Source: an uncultured bacterium (GTDB lineage: Bacteria; Hydrothermota; UBA3072). From it: 64,000 nucleotides of DNA. Positions 42,130-49,783 of the stretch are shown here, in pieces. The stretch covers positions 7,158 to 71,157 of the forward strand of contig CAZKVT010000001.1 in NCBI GenBank assembly GCA_964556365.1. The letters are read 5' to 3'. A model generated the notes under the pieces. The model did no database searches and was not told where the DNA came from. It worked only from the letters and a program-made list of their open reading frames with translations. Position 1 is the first letter of the stretch, and the number at the start of each line of letters is the position of its first letter. The position numbers and the translations under genes were made by a program.

Positions 42130-44108
42130 TTCTTTAAAAAAGTTCCCAATATTATCGAATCACAAAAATAAGCTGTAACTATTGCGATTGCAGAGAGAAT
42201 CCCAAAATAATTTATCGTTGTTAACTTCGCAAAGATCAAAAGAAAGAAACCGGTAGAAAGAATGAAAGAAGTGATAAACATAGGTTTTATTGCTTCCTTT
42301 TTCTCTCCATGTTTATTGGCGTAAAGATAATGTATTGTATCATCAACAACAATTCCCATTACAATAGGGGTTATAATTATAGTTCCTACATCAAGAGGTA
42401 TTCCAAACAAACCCATAATACCCAATACCGTTATCACCGGAAAAATATTAGGATAGAATGATTTAACTCCGCTTTTAAAACCAAAAAATAATATAATCAC
42501 TGTAAAGATAACAAGTATAGAAATGGGAAATGAGGAAAATTGACTGTCTTCTAGATATTTAATAAGTTTTACATAAAGAGGTAAATAACCGGATGCTTTT
42601 ATTTCTTTTTTCGAAAATTGCTCAAAATAATCTATCAGGTTCTTTATAATTTTTTCGACTTCTCTTGCGCTAACCATGGGTATAAAAACAGTGATTCTTA
42701 AGGTTTTTCTTCCATTACCAGGTCTTATCACATAAGTTTGTTCTACTTCACCGAACATCTTAGAATAACTGAGGAAATTAGTCATCGTAATATTATTGAT
42801 AGAAATCGAGTTGTATCCATAATGAGATTTCAAGCTATCTTGAAACAATTCAACAGTTTTATCGATTTCCAGATCTTCCTCATTTGTCTCCACAAGAAGC
42901 TCTAACGGAAGATAAAATCCAATATTTTCCTCTATCCATTCCGAATCTTTTCTAACTATATCACCTTCTCTTAACATACCAATAGAATATGTGTCTACCC
43001 TCAAAAATTTCATCCCAAAAACAAAAACGCTTAAAAATACTAAAGAAATTGTTAAAACGATTCCTTTTCTCTTGCTTGTAATTTTAGTTATAATATTTTC
43101 CAACTTTTTAAATGTTAAAAAATTCTTCTTTGATAAAGAAAACTTATCTATGAAAATAGAAAAAACGGCAATTGTTACGAAAAATTCGATCAAGACTCCA
43201 ACACCACCGTAAAAACCAAGTTGTTTAACACATGTTATTCTTGAAGAAACAAGCGACAGGTATCCAAAAAAAGTAGTGAGAGAAGTAAGTAAACAGGGCA
43301 CAGCGATATGTGAAAGTTTTTTCTTTTTGTCGTCTGCCAGATTTAAAGTAAATACAATATAAACAATATCGGATAAACCGTATATTAAAATAAGAACCGG
43401 GAGCATAGAAGTAATCATGTTAACAGGATCTCCCAGTACAACAAAAACACTCATTAAAACTAATATCGAAAATACCACACAAAACATGGAAAGAAAAATG
43501 ATTCTCCAGTCCTTTAAAATAATCCCCGAAAGTATAAAAATGTAAGCAAAAACTATAACAATAAATAGAGTAACATTTTCCTGTGTTACCACATTCAACC
43601 TATTATATAAAACAGTTATACCCGCCAGATGATAATCAAATGCTGATTTCTCCATTATTTCTTTTATTCTTTTTATTATTTTACCCCTTTTCTTTTCTAT
43701 AATTTTATCTTTTACAAGAGGCACAATAATCATTGTGGAAAGATAATCTTCGGAAATAAGCATCTGTTTTGCTTCTTTATCTAAAAAAGGAGAGGTTATT
43801 GAAACAGGCAAATCGGTATATTGAACATTGCGCAATGAATCTTCAATTCTTAATAATTGCTTTATATTCTCCTCGGTAATAAAAGAATATTTTGATTCCA
43901 TAGCAATTATAACTTGCTCATCATTACCAAATTTTTCGAGAAAACTTTTGTATTCATGTAATTGAGGATCGTTTTCAGGAAACCATATATCGAGATTGTT
44001 GGAAATTTTTAAACCTTTCAAAGAAACAATAGAAAAAATGAATATTATTAACAGCAAAAAAGATGTAATTATTTTATATTTGTTCAGAAAATAAATACAT
44101 TTATACAT
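42120..44108 (-). CDS. RND-superfamily exporter of the MMPL/HpnN (COG1033) type
   Basis: An N-terminal TM helix is followed by a periplasmic loop starting NLDIWFPENDPQLHEYKSFLEKFGNDEQVIIAME. Two bundles of about 5-6 TM helices are separated by a second soluble loop. Its 3' end overlaps the convergent ligase gene by 10 nt. Confidence 0.7.
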   Translation of the reverse strand: MYKCIYFLNKYKIITSFLLLIIFIFSIVSLKGLKISNNLDIWFPENDPQLHEYKSFLEKFGNDEQVIIAMESKYSFITEENIKQLLRIEDSLRNVQYTDLPVSITSPFLDKEAKQMLISEDYLSTMIIVPLVKDKIIEKKRGKIIKRIKEIMEKSAFDYHLAGITVLYNRLNVVTQENVTLFIVIVFAYIFILSGIILKDWRIIFLSMFCVVFSILVLMSVFVVLGDPVNMITSMLPVLILIYGLSDIVYIVFTLNLADDKKKKLSHIAVPCLLTSLTTFFGYLSLVSSRITCVKQLGFYGGVGVLIEFFVTIAVFSIFIDKFSLSKKNFLTFKKLENIITKITSKRKGIVLTISLVFLSVFVFGMKFLRVDTYSIGMLREGDIVRKDSEWIEENIGFYLPLELLVETNEEDLEIDKTVELFQDSLKSHYGYNSISINNITMTNFLSYSKMFGEVEQTYVIRPGNGRKTLRITVFIPMVSAREVEKIIKNLIDYFEQFSKKEIKASGYLPLYVKLIKYLEDSQFSSFPISILVIFTVIILFFGFKSGVKSFYPNIFPVITVLGIMGLFGIPLDVGTIIITPIVMGIVVDDTIHYLYANKHGEKKEAIKPMFITSFILSTGFFLLIFAKLTTINYFGILSAIAIVTAYFCDSIILGTFLKNQK

Positions 44109-45462
44109 TTAACACCCCTTTTAACTGAAGGACTAAAATGATTAAAACTATAAAAATAGAAATAAGGTTTCTTAAACTTCTATTCAAATTATAACTTGGG
44201 CTATCGATCAACTTTCTTCTAATAGTCGTATATATAATATCGGACAAGATACATCCGAATATAAAAACTAAAGAGAAACCCAAATTATTATAGGGTTTAT
44301 ACAGTAATTGAGGTATCATTAAAATAAATATACCCGACAATAAAAAACCAATATTACCAAAAATGCTTTTATGTTTTTCGATTAAACGTACCTTTAGCCT
44401 ACCATCGATAAACCAGTGACGCCAGAGTAATGTAAAATGGACTCCTGCCGAACATAAAAATGCCATATATAAAAATCTTTCTTGTGAAAATACATTAGCA
44501 GCAAAAACTATAAGTATTGGAATTAAAAAAATCCTCAACAAAGAACCTACTCTAAAAGACCTGGACTCTTCAGCCGGTTCAATATAAAATATTAAATTCA
44601 TAAAAACGAATCCGATAAAAAACAAAACTATCGGAATGTAATAAACGAATCCAGCCAAACTCCATGCCGCATAACTGGCAAGGATTAAAGTTATAAGTCC
44701 ACTAAAACTTATCTTTTTCATCTTCAAACCCAGGATAAATGAAACTATAATAATAAGAGACAATGTCGCGACCTGTAGGATAATTTCTTCTGTGGGTTTG
44801 GCGGATAACTTAAATAATATGAAAAAAGTTCCGAACGGCACGAGTATATTGTCGCTACCTTTAAGAGAAATTAATTCTAAAGCAGTTACAAGAAGGGCAA
44901 CCATGAACCCCAGCAACAAGGAATTCAATCTACTGATATCGGATAACAAGAGAAGAGGTATGTGTACAATAAGAAAAGTTATAAAGAAAAAGCTCACTGA
45001 ACCTTCAGTGCTTTTATCTTGATATTGCACTCTATACTTAATATAACCATAGGCTTTCCCTATAATAGCAGCTATGGGATCCGAAACTGTCATAACCGCA
45101 ACGGAAATTGCGTAAACAACCGGAACATTCTTTCCGAGCGCAAAAAGAAGAAATATTGCGATCGGAAAGTAAAATTCTCCTTCCGTTTCTCTTTCAATCC
45201 CCGTGACTCCTTCGATAAGACCTCTTTTTTTACCTGCGAAAATCAATAATACAAAAAGCAAACAAAGAATAAAAACTGTCAGTCTAAAATTAAAAATAAC
45301 AGGAAAAAACATTGCAAGCATACCGCTTAAAAAGTGTACCAGTTTTCTGGTTAATTCTACACTCAAACGGGTTTTTCTATGTATCATTTCTGCGGTTACG
45401 AAAAATAAAATGTAACATAAAGAAATGATTATAGCTTTTACTAATTCCGTCTCCCAACCCAT
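44101..45462 (-). CDS. polytopic membrane protein with N-terminal polyprenol/dolichol/phytol-kinase-like (CTP-transferase-1 superfamily) domain
   Basis: LTRKLVHFLSGM (RKxxH) and VSDPIAAIIGKAYG (D..A..(I/V)G...G) match signatures of Sec59/VTE5-type kinases. About 230 aa of additional TM helices lie at the C-terminus. It is coupled to its neighbours (TAATG and an 8-nt overlap). Confidence 0.5.
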   Translation of the reverse strand: MGWETELVKAIIISLCYILFFVTAEMIHRKTRLSVELTRKLVHFLSGMLAMFFPVIFNFRLTVFILCLLFVLLIFAGKKRGLIEGVTGIERETEGEFYFPIAIFLLFALGKNVPVVYAISVAVMTVSDPIAAIIGKAYGYIKYRVQYQDKSTEGSVSFFFITFLIVHIPLLLLSDISRLNSLLLGFMVALLVTALELISLKGSDNILVPFGTFFILFKLSAKPTEEIILQVATLSLIIIVSFILGLKMKKISFSGLITLILASYAAWSLAGFVYYIPIVLFFIGFVFMNLIFYIEPAEESRSFRVGSLLRIFLIPILIVFAANVFSQERFLYMAFLCSAGVHFTLLWRHWFIDGRLKVRLIEKHKSIFGNIGFLLSGIFILMIPQLLYKPYNNLGFSLVFIFGCILSDIIYTTIRRKLIDSPSYNLNRSLRNLISIFIVLIILVLQLKGVLNV

Positions 45463-46574
45463 TATAATTTTTCCTCGATTATAAATCTCTTATAGAAAAA
45501 CGCTTTCGAATTCTCAAGAAGTTTCTCAGCTATTTCGTCATGGGATTTAACAGATTTTTGTAGTCTCGCCGGACATTTTCTATCGGCGAGCATATTCCAA
45601 TATACAAATCTGCATCCCTTTTTTCCTGATTTCAATAGGTTTTCGTAAATTTCTTCAAAAGTATTATAATCTAAATATTCGAAGATATCCGAAAGATTGT
45701 AACCGTTAAAAGCGTTTTCTTTTTTTAAACCTTCTTCGACAGAACCTTGAATAATTACTAATTTATCAAGATTTGATTTAACCCTTTCAAAATTCTCCTT
45801 ACGTAAATAATGAGGAAGAATATGCCTAAAATTACCATTTAAAATGAAATCGATATATGGATTCTCTTTGGCGGGAATATTTATAAGTCCCTTATTGACT
45901 CTATTTTTTATATTCTTCGCGACGGGAACTTTAACATAATCAAAAAACTCCGGAGCCCTACCCAAACGTCCCATAACAAAACGGCCAAAGAAAACTCTAA
46001 ACATTAATTTCCACCGAAAAGAATTCCATTTTCCATAAAAGAATTCTTCCCTATCTTCTTTATTTCTATCTACAAACAAAGACTGTATAGTATTTCTATT
46101 ATGAATAAAAGGAATAACATATATTCTGAATATCTTAAAATATTTTTCAAACTTTCCTTCGAAAATAATCCCGTTTTTTATCTTGTTTAAATTATTATTC
46201 CAGAAATCTCTCGATTCTGACGGTAATTCCGACGCAAAGCTTTTATAAATCGACACTCTTTCTTTACAGGGATATACACCAAAAAATCTCAACACTTCTT
46301 CATAGCTAAGTCTTTTTATAGCCGCTTCTTTCAAATGAAAAAGTGCTATCTGAGCTTTACTAATATCGACACCAATAACTCTTTTAGGAAAACCTGTAAG
46401 CAAAGAAAAAGTATTATCTCCGCCGGAAACCACAGAAAGATAAACTCCATCTTTTTTGATATCCAAAGCTTTTAACAAAGCTTCAGTATCCTCCCAACAG
46501 TTCGCGTATCGAATAATACTAAATGTGTTCTTATTCAAATTATTATTTTTTTTACTTCGAGGATTTCCTTCCAT
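45462..46574 (-). CDS. DUF3419 / BtaA-like SAM-dependent (3-amino-3-carboxypropyl) transferase family protein
   Basis: IRYANCWEDTEALLKALDIKKDGVYLSVVSGGDNTFSLL and VDISKAQIALFHLKEAAI match the Y.qCWEDp...AL....S.G.N and D.n.aQ.aLleLK blocks I recall for BtaA/DUF3419. Confidence 0.65.
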   Translation of the reverse strand: MEGNPRSKKNNNLNKNTFSIIRYANCWEDTEALLKALDIKKDGVYLSVVSGGDNTFSLLTGFPKRVIGVDISKAQIALFHLKEAAIKRLSYEEVLRFFGVYPCKERVSIYKSFASELPSESRDFWNNNLNKIKNGIIFEGKFEKYFKIFRIYVIPFIHNRNTIQSLFVDRNKEDREEFFYGKWNSFRWKLMFRVFFGRFVMGRLGRAPEFFDYVKVPVAKNIKNRVNKGLINIPAKENPYIDFILNGNFRHILPHYLRKENFERVKSNLDKLVIIQGSVEEGLKKENAFNGYNLSDIFEYLDYNTFEEIYENLLKSGKKGCRFVYWNMLADRKCPARLQKSVKSHDEIAEKLLENSKAFFYKRFIIEEKL

Positions 46575-47835
46575 ACTTTTTATGCGCTAAAGCAAAATCC
46601 CCGGCAGAAAGAGCTCCAATAATAGATATTTCTCCCCCCAGAATTATCGCCGTGCAAATTTCAGCAAATTTCTGAGATTTTCCACTTCCTAGACAATCTA
46701 CTAAACTTAAACACTCAGCCTGTGTCGGCAGAGAAGTTCCTCCTCCCACAGTACCTACAACTAAATTAGGAAGAGTAACCGCTACGTACAACTTATCATC
46801 ATCCGTAATATCGAGCCGTGTAATACCTACAGCCGCTTCAGACACACATGCTACATCCTGCCCACAGGCTATAAATATCGCAGCAAGCGCATTGGCGTAA
46901 TGCCCCTGCGACCCAATCGAACCGGATTGCACCGCACCTATAACAGACATGTTATAATATGCTACCATATCTTCTGGTTCAGCATGCAATAACCTTTTAC
47001 AAATTTTTCTTGGTATAAAAACTTCAGCCGTAACTTTTTTACCTCTAACAAAAAGATAAGACATTGCTGTTGCCTTTTTATCGCCTGATAAATTGCTTTC
47101 AATAAACCATTTTTTCGGCTTTGTCGGAGAATTTTCCATTATATACTGACAAATAACATCGGTACAGAACGTAACCATATTTTGCCCCGAAGCATCGCCC
47201 GTCTTGTACTCAAAATTAAGATAAACATGATTTCCTTCAACTGTAGCCCTGACGTCTTCAAGAATACCATGACTTGTTTCTTTAGAGACAACATTCTTGA
47301 ATTTATCGAAATTATCAACAACCCAGATTAAAAATTCCCCGGCTTTAATCAAATTATCAAAAATAAATCCAGGCGCTCTGGAAACTCTTTCAGTAAGACA
47401 CATAACTCTAGCCCCACCACATAAATTTATAACCTTCGCGCCTCTATTATGCGATGCGATAAGTGCTCCCTCAGTTGTTGCCATAGGAATGTAAAAATCC
47501 CCATGCGAATATATACCATTCACTCTAATCGGACCAACTACACCAACCGGCATCTGCGCTAAGCCAATATAATTCTCAATATTTCCTTCAAAAATTTCCG
47601 GATTATCGATCGTTTTTTTCCCAGACAAAAAATCAAACTCAAAACCTTGTTTTTCTAAAGTCCTTAACCTCTTTAACTGGTCTTCCTTCGTCAGAGAAGT
47701 TTCTCTTGGTAAAGAAGGAGGCATTTTTTCTTCTTTGATAGATCTCGATTGAAGTTTTTTAATAACAGCCTCTTTAGATCTTCCTTTAAGAATTGCTTCT
47801 ATAATTTCCTTCGATATATCTTTTGATACCGGCAT
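46552..47835 (-). CDS. hmgA: class I hydroxymethylglutaryl-CoA reductase (soluble catalytic domain)
   Basis: The motifs are IENYIGLAQMPVGVVGPIRVNG, YIPMATTEGALIAS, TGDASGQNMV and GTVGGGTSLPTQAECL, corresponding to the class I ENVIG / DAMGxN / GTVGGGT blocks. Confidence 0.85.
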   Translation of the reverse strand: MPVSKDISKEIIEAILKGRSKEAVIKKLQSRSIKEEKMPPSLPRETSLTKEDQLKRLRTLEKQGFEFDFLSGKKTIDNPEIFEGNIENYIGLAQMPVGVVGPIRVNGIYSHGDFYIPMATTEGALIASHNRGAKVINLCGGARVMCLTERVSRAPGFIFDNLIKAGEFLIWVVDNFDKFKNVVSKETSHGILEDVRATVEGNHVYLNFEYKTGDASGQNMVTFCTDVICQYIMENSPTKPKKWFIESNLSGDKKATAMSYLFVRGKKVTAEVFIPRKICKRLLHAEPEDMVAYYNMSVIGAVQSGSIGSQGHYANALAAIFIACGQDVACVSEAAVGITRLDITDDDKLYVAVTLPNLVVGTVGGGTSLPTQAECLSLVDCLGSGKSQKFAEICTAIILGGEISIIGALSAGDFALAHKKYGRKSSK

Positions 47836-47992
47836 CCAATCAACCCCTTTACTTGAAATAAGATATACTCGTAAAAGATATCAACCATTGGTTCATTAAG
47901 ACTGTATTCCTCCCAATTTTATGAGCGCCTTTAAGTAAATACTTACCCGAATTTTTAACTATAACAAATCTAGCCTGTACGGACATATTGTT

Positions 47993-48021
47993 ATTATAAT
48001 TACTTTCATGGTTTATGTCAA
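47993..48021 (-). promoter_or_regulatory. consensus sigma70 promoter (TTGACA-17-TATAAT on minus strand) for the HMGR operon
   Basis: The minus-strand sequence is cTTGACAtaaaccatgaaagtaatTATAATaac. The -35 is at 48016-48021 and the -10 at 47993-47998. This predicts a leader of about 150 nt before the ATG at 47835. Confidence 0.6.
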
Positions 48022-48186
48022 GAAAAACTTTTCCTGCAAGAAAATCGTTTCTGGCTCTTTTATTATCTATTCTATCTTTATTGGTTATAGTTATATATTA
48101 AAAAACGAAACAACAACTATTACTATATTATTCTCATACAAGCGAACTACAATATTTTTAAGAATATACTTTAAGATAGAATATTC

Positions 48187-48256
48187 TTTTACAAATCAAC
48201 AGGACAGGTGTTCGAATTCCAACCGGCAAGACCGCCGAGAGCTACTTTCAAATTAT
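48187..48256. repeat. right copy of the 70-nt direct repeat (3' end of the intact MBL-rhodanese gene)
   Basis: It matches 36122-36191 in the same orientation with 5 mismatches. It is immediately preceded by an 8-bp perfect inverted repeat, AAGAATAT (48160-48167) / ATATTCTT (48181-48188). Confidence 0.8.
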
Positions 48257-49550
48257 CCCACCCTTCTTTCTTAAGAAGACTGGCTGCCATCATTGAACGA
48301 AGACCACTTCCGCAAAAAATACAAACAGGTTTTTCTTTCGGCACTTCATCCATTCTTTCGTAAAGTCGAGTAACAGGAATATTTAAAGCATCGGGTATTT
48401 TACCTTTTTCTTTTATTTCCTCTTCACTCCTGACATCGAGAATTACAATCTCCTCTCCCTTATCCAGCAAACGGCATAAATCCTGAATTTTTAAAGTTCC
48501 TATCGACGCGCTTTCTTTACCTGAAGTATTCCAGCTAAACATTCCACCGGAAAGATAACCTGTAATATTATCATAACCTATTCTTATCAATAATTTCATA
48601 ACAGACAAAGGGTCATCTGTTTTATTAACAAGAAGTATCCTCTTATCATAAGGCAGAAACCAACCGGCAAAATTAGGAATTCCTCCTTGCCATATAAAAA
48701 TAGAACCGGGGATATGAGAACCTGCAAAACTCGACTCCATCCGGGAATCGAGAACAACCGCATCCTCTTTTTCCTTTGAAAATTCATCCGGAGAAAGAGG
48801 AACAGGCACCGGTAGGGAACCCAATATAGGAGCGCCCTCGACATTTAATTTTTCCATCTGCTTAAAATAAAAAGGCCTTTCTAATTCTTTTGATATATTA
48901 TTAATAAAATCTTTTTTTTCAGTAAACTGCAGCTTCGAATTTAACTTTTTCTCGAGCCCAATAGTAGTCCACGGTCTATCCGCGATTTCTCCCCCGCATA
49001 CAGAACCGGCACCGTGAGCCGGGCAAACAATAACCCCATCACCGAGCGAAAAGAATTTATGGAAAATAGTATCGTAAAGCATATCCGCCATTTCTTTCAT
49101 ATTATTTTTACCAAACAAATCGACTCTTCCGACATCACCCGCAAAAAGAGCGTCCCCCGTAAAAAGAATCCAGGGAGAACCGCTGACGTCAAAAAGAAGA
49201 TAACTCATACTGCCTTTGGTGTGACCCGGAGAAAAAATTGCCTCGATTTTATAAGAACCTACCTTCCATTCCTGCCCGTCATTTACCTCATAACCGTACT
49301 TATAATCTAACCCCGTATCGGCATGAAAAATTTCCGCGCCGGTTACCTCAGAAAGTTCTCTCGAACCTACAACATAATCCTCGTTACGATGAGTTTCAAA
49401 AATATATTTAATATTATAACCCTTACGGGAAGCTAAAAACAGATAAACGTCGATGTCCCGCCGGGGATCGACTACAAACGCTTCTTTATTATGCCCCAAA
49501 ATATAAGAATTGTGAGCTAAACCTTCCGATTCGACTTTTTCGAAAAGCAA
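48189..49550 (-). CDS. MBL-fold hydrolase/persulfide-dioxygenase-like domain fused to two rhodanese domains
   Basis: The MBL region has ETHRNEDYV in place of HxHxDH, plus SPGHTKGS, FTGDALF and CPAHG. The first rhodanese-like domain lacks an active Cys. The second has the active-site loop CIFCGSGLRS. Confidence 0.75.
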   Translation of the reverse strand: MLFEKVESEGLAHNSYILGHNKEAFVVDPRRDIDVYLFLASRKGYNIKYIFETHRNEDYVVGSRELSEVTGAEIFHADTGLDYKYGYEVNDGQEWKVGSYKIEAIFSPGHTKGSMSYLLFDVSGSPWILFTGDALFAGDVGRVDLFGKNNMKEMADMLYDTIFHKFFSLGDGVIVCPAHGAGSVCGGEIADRPWTTIGLEKKLNSKLQFTEKKDFINNISKELERPFYFKQMEKLNVEGAPILGSLPVPVPLSPDEFSKEKEDAVVLDSRMESSFAGSHIPGSIFIWQGGIPNFAGWFLPYDKRILLVNKTDDPLSVMKLLIRIGYDNITGYLSGGMFSWNTSGKESASIGTLKIQDLCRLLDKGEEIVILDVRSEEEIKEKGKIPDALNIPVTRLYERMDEVPKEKPVCIFCGSGLRSMMAASLLKKEGWDNLKVALGGLAGWNSNTCPVDL

Positions 49551-49581
49551 GTTTTCCTCCCTTTCTACTAAAGCCTATAAA

Positions 49582-49764
49582 CTACTCGGCAACCTCTTCA
49601 GCCTTAAAAGAAAAATAATTCCTTTCTTTGAACTCCTCCCTTTTTCCTTCATTCCAGTTGTTAACAGGCCTATAATAACCTACAACTCTCGAATAAACCT
49701 CAGCCCTAACCGCGATGATTTTCTCCTTAGAAACTTCCTTCCTTTCAGCAATAGTCTCTTCCAT
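49582..49764 (-). CDS. stand-alone 60-aa protein homologous to the C-terminal glycyl-radical segment of class III ribonucleotide reductase (NrdD)
   Basis: VYSRVVGYYRPVNNWNEGKREEFKERNYF matches the NrdD C-terminal signature (Y)SR(I/V)xGY(Y/L)xxVxxWNxGKxxExxxR. The strong SD AAGGAGGG lies 6 nt upstream. No Zn-ribbon cysteines and no catalytic barrel are present. Confidence 0.65.
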   Translation of the reverse strand: MEETIAERKEVSKEKIIAVRAEVYSRVVGYYRPVNNWNEGKREEFKERNYFSFKAEEVAE

Positions 49765-49783
49765 TAAAAAACCCTCCTTAATT

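Noticed and set aside
47849-47896. 15-aa minus-strand uORF (MNQWLISFTSISYFK) in the HMGR operon leader, as a possible leader peptide.
   Set aside because: The nearest SD-like GGGAGG is about 12 nt away, which is too far. There is no run of regulatory codons and no obvious alternative terminator/antiterminator pairing. I keep it only as a note under the leader finding.
36122-48256. Using base composition as independent evidence that the 12-kb segment is foreign, and interpreting it as a prophage or defence island.
   Set aside because: Hand counts of a few 60-nt lines gave roughly 30-50% GC inside the segment, about 35-42% in its immediate flanks, and up to about 55% in the 12-31 kb region. 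Composition by eye is therefore not discriminating. There are no phage, nuclease, ATPase-defence, integrase or transposase genes inside. The island claim rests only on the direct repeat.
48008-48274. 88-aa plus-strand ORF spanning the island's right junction.
   Set aside because: It has no SD and an AT-rich low-complexity translation. Its 3' part is the antisense of the conserved C-terminus of the MBL-rhodanese gene. The region is better explained as a promoter/leader plus an att-like repeat.
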